Assembly: GCF_009914755.1 (NCBI RefSeq)
Contig: NC_060947.1
Reading direction: 5' to 3' (one strand)
Length of the DNA: 64,000 bases
Source: the human T2T-CHM13v2.0 reference genome, Homo sapiens
Positions 33,873 through 48,599 of the stretch are shown here, piece after piece. A program made the position numbers and the translations under genes. Within the stretch, counting starts at the first letter, position 1; each line of letters starts with the position of its first letter. The notes beneath the pieces were generated by a model. The model saw only the letters and a list, made by a program, of their open reading frames with translations, did not search any database and was not told where the DNA came from.

Positions 33873-34818
33873 TTACTTGAGGTTAGGGCTCAGCGCCCCG
33901 AACCCTCACACTGTTTGAGGGTCAACTGTATAACACTTTCCCTAATTCCCAACTCACCACAATAAGACTTCTTGGCTCTGGTTCCACTGTAAATTCTTTG
34001 AGGCATCATCATGAACCTCTTACTTGCTGAAAACTCCAAGAAATAGTGTTCACACCTAGCTTTTTCAGCTGCCTGGTAGTCCCTGACACTGCCAGCCACT
34101 TCCTTGTCTTTGAGACTTTCTCCTTGCTCAGGTTCCTAGTCATTCTTCTCCTTTGTAGCCTGCCATTTTCTGGCCACCTGCTTAGCTCCTACAGGAAACA
34201 CTTCATAAGTGTTGTTTTCTGTTAGATATCCTGCCTGAGAAATCACACCCCTACTCTTGCATAAGTGGGAAATTCTTCAAATCTTAGGTGAGGAATGTTA
34301 GATGGCTTCTCTTCTCTTTCAAGGCTTGTGCATGCAGATCTTTTGGGGATCTTCTTACAATGCAGATTCTGATTCAACAGTTTTGAAGTGGGGCCTGGGA
34401 TTTCAAAATGCCAACAAACCCCCAAGTTATGTCAAGGCTTCAATCACACTGTATAGCAAGGTTGACACTGTCTTTAAAGAATGATGCAATTACTAATAGG
34501 ACACATAAATCTCTAATTATTACAGAACTGAATCTATGATCACTAAAAAAGGAACCATGAAAGAAAAGACATTATGTCTGAGTTATCATACCTTGGCTAA
34601 GGTAGTACCAAGATAAGCTCTTCACAAAGCTGAATGGGCTTCACAATGATCAGGGTGGTAGAATTCAGTGGGCCCACAAACTCCTTTGCAACTTATATTA
34701 CGGATAGGGACATTTCAAAATAGACACTCGAACAGACAGTGCCGTGATCTGTAAGGGTTCACCAATATGTGCACACTTAAAACTTATACCCATTGGCTGG
34801 GCCCAGCATTTAGATTGG

Positions 34819-35178
34819 CAGCAAGACCAACCCCTCCTCTCCCTCCACCTCCTCAGCCTACTTAACGTGAAGATAATGAGAATGAAGACCTATATGATGA
34901 TCCACTTCCACTTAATTAATAGTAAATATATTTTTCTCTTCCTTATGATTTTCTTAGTAACATCGTATTTTCTCTAACTTACTTTATTGCAAGAATACAG
35001 TATATATTACATATAACAATGCAAAGTATACGCTAATCACTCTTTATGTTATCAGTATGGCTTCTGTCAACAGTAGCCTATTAGTAGTTACGTTTTGGGG
35101 GAGTGAAAAGTTCTACTTAGATTTTTCAATGTGTTGGGCTCAGCGCCCCTAACCCTCACATTGTTTGAGGGTCAACTG
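34819..35178 (+). mobile_element. Tigger2a/MER28, 5' part missing
   Basis: CAGCAAGACCAACCCCTCCTCT...GATGATCCACTTCCACTTAAT...AGGGTCAACTG followed by TA. Confidence 0.85.
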
Positions 35179-35899
35179 TATAACACTTTCCAAAGGCTCC
35201 CTTTGCCCTGTTCTTAGACACGGCCCAGCATGAATTTGTGGCAATCTTGTAATGAGCCACATACTGTCTAACAAGTTGGATGCTAATTATACAAAACTTT
35301 TGAAAAAAGGGATCAAAGTTCCTACTTCACAAGCTTGAACAGCTGTAGCCTCAGGAACTTTCTCCAGATTGAGGGCAAAAATCCTATCTCCAGGAAGCCA
35401 AATTTGCAGCTGCCACACTCTCCCAAAATCCCAGTTCACCTCAGGGACTGATGGGGAGTCAGTCATCATACTTCCTTCCCCTTTGGGCTGAAACTGAAAA
35501 AGCAAAAAACGGGGTGGGAGGGTAGAAAGAACAGGAAGGGAGGTATCCTGTTCATTGGAGAGGTCCTAAGGAAACCTGGCTGGAGTGAAAATCTGCTGTG
35601 CCTTAAGCACCACCCTTCCATCCCCAGGCCAATACACATCATATTACTCTGTTGTCCTCCTTCAACAGTGCTAGTTACAGACTCAAGTTTACCATTAGTA
35701 TATAATAGCTATAACACTTGTCCTTAAAATGCGGGTTAACTCAATGCTGCTGGGCATCAATCTAAATATATTAAGGTAGGCACTACTGTACTACAACTCT
35801 AATAATAATAATCAATAACTATCATTTATTGAATGGCCACATGGCAGGTACTATGCTTATCAGGGCTTCCCTGTCTGCTCAGCCCATGTTTCTTTGTAA

Positions 35900-37745
<1,846 letters not shown>

Positions 37746-37984
37746 CCTCAATATATCTTGCCTTCAAGGCACTTGAAATTTACAGGGAATTTAAATTCCA
37801 AGATTTAAATAAAATCTTGATAAGCCTAAAATACTATAAATCTATTCTATGAAACAGACACCAATATTAAGGCAAAACAATGAAAGTGAAAACCAATAAA
37901 ATGTTCAGAGCACTGCTTAAATAGATTATGATACATCCACAAAATGGAACAATATGTAGTCATTAAACTAACGGTTAAGTTCTT

Positions 37985-38432
37985 TGCTATGGGTTGAATT
38001 CTGTCCAAATTTTCTCCAAATTTAAATGTTGAAGTCCTAACCCCTGGTACCTCAGAATGTGACCCTATTTGGAGATAGGGTCATTACAGAGATAATCAAC
38101 TTAAAATGAGGTCATTTGGTTGGGCCTGAGTCCAATATGACTCTGTCCTTAAAAGGGGAAGTTGGAGACAGACACGTACACAGGGGGCATGCCATGTGAA
38201 AATGAAGGCAGACATCTACAGGACAAGGAGCACCAAAGATTGCCAACAAACCATCAGAAACTAGGGGAATGGAATGGAACAGATTCTCCTTCCGAGCCCT
38301 CAGAAGGAACCAACCCTCCTGACACCTTGATCTCAGACTTCTATCCTCCAGAACTGTAAGACAACAGACTTCTTTTGGTTAAGTCATCCAGTTTGTGGTA
38401 TTTCACTATTGCAGTCATAGGAAACAAATACA
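37985..38432 (+). mobile_element. MLT1B-like MaLR solo LTR
   Basis: TG...CA termini, exact 5-bp TSD TTCTT, motif GGTACCTCAGAATGTGACCCTATTTGGAGATAGGG. Confidence 0.88.
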
Positions 38433-41062
38433 TTCTTTATGTACTGATACAGGAAAATGTCCAAGAAACATTGTTGAGAGAGAAGCATAATTCAGAAGAA
38501 AATGTGTATCGTATGCTACCATTAATGTAAAGATGCATATATATAGAAAACAGACACACACATATACATAACATAAACTTATGCATATTCGCTTGAAATT
38601 CGTACATATCTCCTGAAGGATATACAAACAGCTGACAATACTGATTGGTGGTGGGTAGGGGAATTGATTCGACAGTGCATAGAGGTAGGAGAAATAATTT
38701 TTATTTTATACCTTTTTGTAAATTTTCATTTTTGAATCATCAAAATGATCACCTAGTGGAAAATAAGTAAAATTAAAAACAATCAAATAAGACCCCCTAA
38801 ATTATCAGCTTTCTTTTTACTATCTTAATTAAATCAGATAACTTGAACAGATCTTCTTTTGTACTTTCTGTGTGGAAAGTTATATCAGACTGAAACATGT
38901 TAATACAAAGTATTTGCATATAGACATAGACCTCTATCTTTCCCATTTACTCAGACAACAACTTTTACAATGTTAACATGTGTTCAACATTGCTTGAAGT
39001 AATATGGGAGTTAAAAGAATACAAGACATACTTTCTGTATTACAGAAGCTCTTAACTGAGTGATGGAGAAAAGAAAAAAAGACTTAGGTGAAGCATGAAA
39101 GTAAGTCACTTCAGTTTCTTTGTGCCTGTTTTCTCAACAGTAAAATAACAAATGAGATAAATGACTGTTGAAGTCTTAAAATTTCTGAATTGTTTTATTT
39201 GTTTTTTGAAATTACACTTTTAGTTTTGAGATAATTGTATGTTCACATGTAGTTGTGAGAAATAATACAGAGAAAACCAGTATACCCCTGACCCCGTCTC
39301 CCTGAAGGTAAAACCTTGCAAAAATATAGTACAATATCATAACCAGGATATTGACATTGACACAATCAAGGTAAAGAACAGTTCCAACACTACAAGGATG
39401 CCTCCTGTGTTGCCCTTTTGGAGTCACATCCATCTCTCTCTCTCTCTTTCCCCTGTTGTCCCGGACTCCTTGCAATCACCAATCTGTTCTTCATTCTTTA
39501 ATTCTGTCACTTCAAGACGGCTATATAAACAGAATCATTCATTATGTAACCTTTTCAGATGAGCTGTTTTTACTCAGCATAATTCTGTGGAGATTGATCT
39601 AAAAGTTGTTGCATGTATAAATATTTCATTCCATTTTATTGCTGAATAGTATTGCCTGGTATGTATGGATGTACCGTAGTTTGTACAACCATTCATTGTT
39701 GACCGTCTGGGTTCTTTCCAGTTTTTGGCTATAATGAATAATGGTGGTATGAATATTTTTGTACAGGTTGTAAGATAAATGTCCAAGAGTGCAATTGCTG
39801 GGTTGTATGGTAGCTGCATGTTTAGTTTTACAGAAAATTGATAAACAGTTTGCTACAGTGGCTGTACCATTTTACATTTCCACCAGCAATATGTGAATGA
39901 TCCATTTTCTCCACATCCTTGCTAGCATCTGGTGTTGTAACTACTTTGTTTTAGCCATTCTGATAGATGTGTAGGAATATATAATAATTTTAATTTGCAT
40001 TTCTCTAATGGCTAATGTTTTTGATAATCTTTTCATGCACCTATTTGCTATCTGTATATCCTTTTTGGTGAAACGTTTCTTGATGTGTCTTGCCCATTTC
40101 CTAATTGCATTGTTTGTTTCTTGTTTTACCTTGCAGTTTTGAGAGTTCTTTATATATTCTAGACATCCATCTTTTGGCTATATGGCTTGAAAATATTTTC
40201 TATCAGTCTGTAGCTTGTCTTTTCATCCTCCCTCACAGGTCTTTTGCAGTGCAAAGGTTTTAAATCTTGATGCAGTCCAACTGATTTTTTTCTGTGTGTG
40301 GATCATGCTTTCAATGCCAATTCTAGCCCTAGAGCCTGAAGATTTTCTCATTTTTCCCTAAATTTTGATAGTTTTATGTTTTACATTTAAGTCCATGATC
40401 TATTTTGAATTAAGTTTTTACAAGGTGTGAGATTTAGGTTGAAGTTCTTTTTTTTTCCCACTCTAGGGATGTCCAATTTCTGCAGGACCATTTGTTGAAA
40501 AGGTGAGCTTTCTCTATTGAATTGCTTTTGCAACTTTATCAAAAATCTGTTGGGCACATTTGCATGGGTCTGTTTTTGGGTTCTCTATTCTGTTTCATTT
40601 GGTCTATGAGTCTATCCCTCCAGCAACATCATACTGTATTGATAGCCTTACTATATTGTTAGCCATAATATTGGGTAGAGAGGTTACTCCCACTTTATTT
40701 ACCTTTTTAAAAGACTGTTTTAGTTATTCTGTGGCCTGTGACTTTTCTTATAGATTTTAGAGTATGCTTGTCTATGTGTACAGAAATCCTTGATAAGATT
40801 TTGATAGAAACTAAATTAAACCTTTAGATTGATTTGAGAAGAACTGACATATTTGCTATGCTGACTCTTCCAGTCTATAAACATGCCATATAATCCACTT
40901 ATTTAGGTTGTTTTTAATGCCTTTCATCAGCATTTTATAATTTTCTACATACCGATCCTGTACATGTATGATAGATTTATACCTACGTATTTCATTTTTG
41001 GATAAGCAATTATAAATGGTGTTGTGTTTTTAATTTCACTTTTCACATCTTCATTTCCAACA

Positions 41063-41159
41063 TAGATAATCCGTAAGTTGTGATGGCTTGCCTTATGATT
41101 TTTTGACTTTATGATGGGTTTATCTAAATGTAAGCCCATCATAAGATGAGGAGCATCTG
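41063..41159 (-). mobile_element. MER47C-like Tigger MITE inside the L1MC
   Basis: Minus strand CAGATGCTCCTCATCTTATGATGGG...GATAAACCCATCATAAAGTCAAAAAATC; 97 bp, TA flank. Confidence 0.75.
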
Positions 41160-41883
41160 TATATAAAAATGTGACTAGCTTTGGTGTGTTGATCTTGTAT
41201 TTTTGGATCTTGTTAACCTCTCTTCTCAGCTCCATGAGCATTTTTGGTTATTTTTGCTTTTGTTTTTGTAGAATATTTGATATTTTCTACGTACACAGTC
41301 ATGCCATCCACAAATAGAAATAATTTTATTTTATACTTTTCAATATGCATGCTTTATTGTTTTTCCTTGCTTTATTGTAGTGTCTGGAACTTCCAGAACT
41401 ATGTTAAAAAAGAGTAGTGAAATTGGGCATCCTTCCCTAATTAGCAATCATGGGTGGAAACATTAAGCCTTCCATTATTAAAATTATGCTATTAACTGTA
41501 GTTTTCTGTAGATACCCTTTATTAAGATGTGGAAGTTATCCTCTATTCCCAGTTTTCTCATAGTTTTTATCATGAATGGATGCTGGGTGTTGTCAGATGC
41601 TTCTGCATCAATCAATATAATCATATGATTTTTTCTTCTTTAGTTTGTTGATATGGTAGATTACACTAATTAACTTTCAAATGTTGAGCCAGCCTTCAAT
41701 ACTAAATCCCAGTTAGTTATGGTATGACACTCTTTTTTTAAACTTTGACGCATGTTATTTAATATTTTGTTGATGGTTTTTGTCTCTAGGCTCATTTATT
41801 TATTTTAGACCTTTCCTGTCTTCTAACTAAATAATCTAATGCTATACATTTTATTCTCAATACTGCTTTTATGACATCTCACT

Positions 41884-42100
41884 TTATTTTTTTTTGCCAG
41901 AGAAAAAGACTAGATTACTCACAGCAAAGCAGTAGTCAAAGAACCAACATTTTATTGAGCCAGTTCCCACAGAGTAATCCCAAAGAAGTTCAGGAGACAC
42001 CTGTACACACAGTGGATTGCATCACAGGAGAGAAACCCTGAGCTTAAGGAAGCTTAATCTTTAAAAATAGACAGTAGATATGCTTGCCCTTTGCTTCAGA
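41884..42100 (-). mobile_element. MER67-like LTR fragment with A tail inside the L1MC
   Basis: Minus strand AAGCTCAGGGTTTCTCTCCTGTGATGCAATCCACTGTGTG...GCTGTGAGTAAT, then an A run; flanking repeat ATCTCACT. Confidence 0.55.
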
Positions 42101-43711
42101 ATCTCACTCATGTTGATGTTTTATTTTCATTTTATTTAGTTCTTTGTGTTTAAAAAATTTTTCTTTGCAACCTCCTCCTTGACCTGGGGAAAATGATTTA
42201 AAGGTGTGCTGCTTCATTTCCAAGTGTTTTGAGGTTTTTCTTTTGTCTTTCTCTTATTGATTTCTAGCTTGGTTTCATTATGTTCTGGGAACATATAAGT
42301 TGAATTCTCTAAATTTGCTGAAGTTGCTTGGAGTCCAGAATATGGCTTATATCAGTGAATGTTTCATGAGAGCTTTAAAGTAATGTGTATTCTGCTACTG
42401 TTGGGAGGAGTGCTTCAATTAGATCCTATTGGTTGATGGTGTTGTTCAGTTCTCTTTACCCTTGCTTATTTTCCATTTAGTAGTTCTATCAACTGAAGAG
42501 AGAGGAGTGTTGAAGTCCCTAACTAGAAATATGGATTTGTCTGTTTCTTTTTTCAGCTCTATTCATTTTTGCTTCATGTATTTGGAAGCTCTGTTGTTAG
42601 GTGCAAACACATTTAGGATTATTATGTCTTCCCAGTGAATTAACACTTAATCTTTATGTAATGTCCCTGTTTGTCACTAGTAATTTTCTTTGCAATGAAG
42701 CCTACTTTATCTGATATTAACATTACTGCTGCTGCTTTCTTTTGATTAATTGTTGCATAATGTAACTTTTTCGATTCTTTTAATTTTAACCTACCTAGGT
42801 TGTATTTGAAATAAACTTCTTTTAGACGGCATATTGTGTGCTCAGCTTTTATCAATCCACTCAGCTAAATCTCTTTTAATTGGTATATTTAGACCATTTG
42901 CATTTAAGGTAATTATGGATATATTAGGGCTTCAATCTGCCACCTTATTTGGTTTCTGTTTGTTTTCTTTATTTCTCATTCTTCTCTTTCTTTTTTCTTA
43001 CCTTCTTGTGGGTTATTTGAACATTTCTTAAGATTCCATCAAAATTTATTTGTTGTATTTTCTTAACGTATCACTTTGTATAGTTTTTTAGTGGTCTTTC
43101 CAGGCATTACGATACGCATTAACATTGCAATCTACTGGAATTGACTTCAGGTGACGTGTAGAAGGACTCTTACTTCCACTTAGGTATGTCTTCTTTTAAA
43201 ATATAACTCTTAAGTATTTTCTCTACATACATTGAGAACCACATCAGGTGGTGTTAAAGTTTTCACTTCAAACTTATGGTAAATAGGATAGTCTATTATT
43301 TTACTCTCATTTTTACCCATTCTACTATTTTCTTTCTGAAATGTCAAGACTTCGTTATAATTTCCTTTCTGTTTAGAGAATGTCTTTTTGTCATTCTTTA
43401 AGAGCAGATTTGCTAGCAAGAAATTCTTTGTTTTCCTTAATCTGAGAATGTCTCTTTCCCTTTAATTCCTTAGGAAAACCTTAGGAGTTATCTGATTATC
43501 TAAGAGTCTGTACCTTAGACTTTGGTTATGCTATTTTGCAATTCTGTACGTTTAAAAGTCAATTTGTGGAGGGCTGATGGTGACACAAATGATTCTTGTT
43601 CACTAGATGCCAGTAAAATTTTCTCATGGAACGCAATAGATTCCTGCCCTACAGTTAGTGATCAGTATTGTATCTGTTATAAAATTCCTATCAGCATTCT
43701 AGAGTGTTTTT

Positions 43712-43833
43712 TATATATATATGTGTATATATATAAAATATATATATACACATATATGTATATACGTATATATACGTATATACGTATATATATGTATATA
43801 CGTATATATACGTATATATACGTATATATATAT
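43712..43833. repeat. Compound (TA)n / TATATACGTA microsatellite
   Basis: Directly visible alternating purine-pyrimidine tract. Confidence 0.95.
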
Positions 43834-44069
43834 GCCAATTCTTCAGACTCTCCTTTGAACCAACTGTAACTAACATCTTACTAATTCCTTCATCAGTTAA
43901 TGATCTAATAAAATGTTTTACACATATTCATTTTATATTTTTATGGGACTCACAATTTTGTCTCTTTAGAAATGTAGCCTTATATAAAATACAGACATAA
44001 AATGACCCATTAATTCATTATTTTACTTACAAAAGGTACCTATGTATCTGAAAGTTTTCTAAGTGCCTG

Positions 44070-44690
44070 ACACACAGCTTCCCCTAATGATAACTCTTCT
44101 GTACGCATGAGAGATTTATCTAAACATTTAAACAAACACTGATACAACACTATTAACAAAACTACAGACTTTATTCAGATTTCACCAGTTTTTCCACTCA
44201 TGTCATTTTTCTGTTTCAGGATCCAATCCAGAATCTCCTACTGCATTTGGTCCTTGGGTCTTTTTGGTCTCCTCTAGTCTGTGACAGTCTCTCAGTTTCT
44301 TCTTGTTCTTCATGACCTTGAAACTTTTGAATAGGACTAGTCAGGTATATTCTAGAAGTCTCTTAAGATTTGACTGAAGTATTTTCCCTATTAGAAGAAG
44401 TTACAGGTTTTGGGGAAGAATACCAGAGAGATAACATGTCCTTTTCATGACATCATATCACAGGAGACATGATATCAATATTATTATCACTGGCGATGTT
44501 ATACTTGACTACTTAGTTAACTTGGTGCCTGCCTGGTTTCTTCTCCATTGTTATTCCTACTTTTCCATATTCTATTATCTGGAAGTAAGTTACCAAGTTC
44601 ATGGAGGGGCTTAGGGGAGGATTAAACTCTACATCCCAGGAAAGGAGTATCTATGTATATTATTAAGAATTGTTCTATAAGGGAAAATTT
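44070..44690 (-). mobile_element. L1MC4-like 3' region
   Basis: ACTACAGACTTTATTCAGATTTCACCAGTTTTTCCACT...CAGGATCCAATCCAG. Confidence 0.65.
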
Positions 44691-45407
44691 TCTCTCAAAT
44701 ATGCTTTTTTACTAAACAGAGAAAACACATTATTATCTGAGTGGTTGCTATATGGCTAATCTCATTTACCTTCTTTTGTCAATTCATAAACTGGTCTTTT
44801 TTCCCTTTTCGGGCCAGTATAACTTAATAGGATTGTTTATCTTATGTTATCATTAATTTATTTGTAGATGACAAAGATTCCTTTTGGTAGGTTCTGGCAC
44901 TCAAGACTAATAGGTTTTTCCATATATTTCTATGGATACAAATTGTACCAGCATGCTGGGAAGGAAAATGAGCTGACAGTATATGTGTCACTTTGAATCA
45001 CTGGGTATCCTACAGGGAATATCGAGTTACTTAAGCTTCAAAGAAAGATGTGACAATGGTTAACCATAATTTAGATTTGGATTTTAATATTCTCACAGCC
45101 TGGCTGGCCCATCAATTTTTTATGATGTTTTTCTCTTAAGTTTCTCAACAATTTCTCTGGGCAAGTTTGTTTCAAATGCAAGACTAATTTTAAGCTTGAT
45201 TAAAATGTTAAACAGACTCATGCCATTTGTATTATCCTTTATGAAAAAATCGATACTTTAATAGACTTTCTTAGGAAACTATTTTGAGAAACTCAATAGC
45301 ATTGTTAAATAAAGTAGAATGTCCCATCAGATTCCAGTATTTTATATGTATTCTCTGACAAAAGGGTAAAATAAGAAGCAATGAGTTACATGATAAAAGA
45401 TTTAAAG

Positions 45408-45409
<2 letters not shown>

Positions 45410-45451
<42 letters not shown>
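45410..45451. repeat. Perfect (GT)21 microsatellite
   Basis: Directly visible. Confidence 0.97.
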
Positions 45452-45454
<3 letters not shown>

Positions 45455-45831
45455 GAAAACAGCTTTTAAACATTACAGTATTCTGAGCTAAGGGTGGAAA
45501 TTCACCTCAGAGAATTTTTAATTGTCTGTCTGAGTCCTGATGCCTCAAATTTAGCATGTTATTAATCTTCTAACATTACCATGTTCTATTGCAATATTTT
45601 TAAAATATTGTAATTTTTAAAAATCTGTCTCCGCTACTAGATTGTGAGCTCTGACTTCAAAGACTATATCTTATTTCTACTTCTTTCCTCGGTATGGAAC
45701 ATCACACCTGGTGTACAGTCACACTAGCTATATTTCAATTGCTCAGTAGCCATATGCTACAGTACTGCACATCACGGATATAAAATATCTTCATCATCGC
45801 AGAGAATTCACATCACAGTCCTGATTTAGAG

Positions 45832-46047
45832 CAGGATGTCTGAAACTTGGCACTACTGACATATTGGACCAAATAATTCTTTGTTGTGGGGGGCTGTCTT
45901 GTGCATTACAACATGTTGAGCAGCATCCCTGGCCTCTGCCCACTTGATGACAGCAGTATCCCCGCCCCCAATGTGACAACCAAGAATTTCTTGAGATACT
46001 GTCAAATGTTCTCTGGGGATGAAATTATATCAGGTTAAGAACTACTG
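45832..46047. mobile_element. MER20 hAT element, preceded by a MER3-like fragment (~45720-45823)
   Basis: CTTGGCACTACTGACAT...ATAATTCTTTGTTGTGGGGGGCTGTC...AGCAGCATCCCTGGCCTCT; degenerate 8-bp TSD. Confidence 0.85.
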
Positions 46048-46149
46048 ACTTAGATAAATACTCCCTGAACTAGAGTCCTGGAAACCTTTAGGTGGCCAAG
46101 ACTTATTCTAAAGAATTGCTAAAAATTATTTTCTTTTAAAAGAGATGCC

Positions 46150-46345
46150 GGGAGGAGAGAGAGGAGCAGAAAAGATAACTACTGAGTAGTTGGCTTAATA
46201 CCTCGGTGGTGAAATAAAATGTAAAACGGACCCCTGTGACACCGGTTTGCCTATGTAATAAACCTTCACATGTACCCCACAAACCTAAAATAAAAGTTAA
46301 AAAAATGAAAAGAATAGGAATAGATTAAAAAATAAAAATAAAAGT
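46150..46345 (+). mobile_element. Short L1PA11-13-like 3' end with A-rich tail
   Basis: GAGGAGCAGAAAAGATAACTA...AACCTTCACATGTACCCC...AACCTAAAATAAAAGTTAAAA. Confidence 0.75.
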
Positions 46346-46669
46346 GATTTCACATATAACAAATGTTTCCTATCATTGCATAAGGCAATGCTGCTTAATA
46401 AAAGAAAAATTTAGTATAGTAGAATCGTGCCGCAGTCATGAGAAGCAACCCTTCCCCATTTCTCTTAACCAACACACCTTGAATCCATCAAATTAAATTC
46501 TTGCATAAGAGGTAACCACCTTCAGATTTCTTTCTTAGACCTGTATCTCTAAAAGAAAACATCCTTACCACTTTAGTGCAGACTGGCCTGGCTTTCAACT
46601 ATGAGGATCCACATTTTTTTTCCCTAATGGCTTTAGACATACTCTGGACACAAAATAATTTTTCTTGCC

Positions 46670-46920
46670 AAGGTGGTATGCCAGAAATGCTAGGAAAATA
46701 ATTCCCCCGTTGGAAGCAGTCCTAAACCAATGACTAGCAGGATTTTGTGTATAAATACCCCAGCTCCCTTGCCCCTTTGAAAGAATAACTAACTCTTAAA
46801 CACATGTCTTCAATCCATTTAGAATTTCCCCAGTGGGATTAAACTCCACTAGACCAGTGGCAGTTGGCTTGATAATGCATTTTTTACTGAATGATTTCTC
46901 TTCACAGTCTCACTATCTTA
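46670..46920 (+). mobile_element. LTR16-like ERVL LTR fragment
   Basis: AGCAGTCCTAAACCAATGACT...GTATAAATACCCCAGCTCCCTTGCCCCT. Confidence 0.6.
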
Positions 46921-48286
46921 CCTCACATTCATCTCTGCCTTCTGCAGTAGCTGGTGCTTCACATTTCTAGGACTTCCCAAGTTCTAAGTATTTGGAATTC
47001 AGGTTTCCAAGATATGCTAACTCCTCCATTCTCTGCATATTCCTAAATTTTTTATCTTTTTTATTTTATTGTTTTTCCTCCCAGATTTTTTTCTCTTTGT
47101 GGTAAATATCATTTTAATTCCCCTATTCTCATTTTAGTGAAGGTTAAAGAGACATCATTTTTAACCAGAACTCCCTATAAGTGATCTATGGAAAGAAAAA
47201 ATTAGCAAGAAAAAGACATTTGACTAGTTGCATGAGTCAAGGGTTAAGTAAAGGAGAGGATGAAATTTGTGATAATTTAAATTTAGCTAGTGGGAGGTTG
47301 CAAACAAAGACTCCTCTCTCTGTAAGCTAGAATTCTTTATAGCCTTAAATTTCCCAGGTCTAGTTTAGTATTTATATTTATTTTCCTCACTACTTTTTTA
47401 CTGCAAAATATTCGGAAACCATTTGTAACTTTAAGTCACACAATTCTAATTTAATGATTAGGTTAAAGCAACAAAATTTCCTACTAATTTTGTAGCTCTA
47501 TAACACTCAGATATTGGCAATCCTATATGGCTCAAACTAATACTTTAACATATTGTTTATGGACATACTAGAAATTGTACTGTGTATGCTAACTTCTACA
47601 CTGGGATCTAGATTTTGTACCTCTGGATCTTTTCTAAGCTGAATAAATATGTTCATACAAGGTTGTACTCTGGTTAACATTCTGTTTATCAAAAGACATG
47701 ATAATCATGTATATGAAACATGAGAAAATTTGAATCAGTTAAACTGAAAGATCTACTTAGAAAAACATCTACTTCTTCTCCGAGTCACATTCTTGTGAAT
47801 TCTGGCTTTTTAAAATTATTTTTGAAATTTTAGTAAGATTACATAAAACAGCGCCATGTAAACTATAAAGGATCATATACAAATGAAGCACATTACTATT
47901 AGTAATTATAATGCACCACCAGAAATAAGAGATAGAAGGCCCTTTAACCTATTTTGACTATGAGACAGGAGGATAGAACCAATTCCCCCAACAGCCAGGG
48001 TTCAGTATTATTAATAATGATAATAAAATGAATCTACTAACAACATACCAAGCCTTCACAATATGCAGGGCACCGTACTAAGTGCTTTATATAAGTTTTC
48101 TCATTTAATCTTCACAATATTAATCTCTACTCCTATTCCTCTATTTAGAAACCAGACCTGGAGTGATTGAGAAACTTGAAGGAAAATCACACAGTTTGAA
48201 AGTGACATAGCTAGTGTTCAGAAACAGAGTCTACACTTTCATTACTATCCTCCACTGCAGGATAATTCCAGTGCAAAGGATGATCT

Positions 48287-48599
48287 GTTTGTTTTTTTTT
48301 TTGTTTTTTTTTTTTTTTGAGGCAGAGTCTGGCTCTGTTGCCCGGGCTGGAGTGCAGTGACTCGATCTCGGCTCACCGCAAGCTCCACCTCCCGGATTCA
48401 TGCCATCCTCCTGCCTCAGCCTCCTGAGTAGCTGGGACCACAGGCGCCCACCACAACACCCGGCTGATTTTTTGTATTTTCAGTAGAGATGGGGTTTCAC
48501 CATGTTAGCCAGGATGGTCTCGATCTCCTGACCTCGTGATCCGCCTGCCTCGGCCTCCCAAAGTGCTGGGATTACAGGTGTGAGCCACTGTGCCCGGCT
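48287..48599 (-). mobile_element. AluY
   Basis: GCAAGCTCC and GTTAGCCAGGATGGTCTCGATCTCC; TSD GCAAAGGAT(G/T)ATCT at 48273-48286 and 48600-48613. Confidence 0.92.

Larger units (their letters stand above)
39205..43470 (-). mobile_element. Long degraded L1MC1/L1MC2-like LINE
   Basis: 3' end TTTTGAGATAATTGTATGTTCACATGTAGTTGTGAGAAATAATACAGAG; residual ORF2-like peptides (LPYNPAIALL, YKINTPKLVTFLYT, QKKAAAVMLISDK). Confidence 0.8.

Noticed and set aside
43522-43876. Tyr/Ile-rich ORFs
   Set aside because: Translation of the TA microsatellite.
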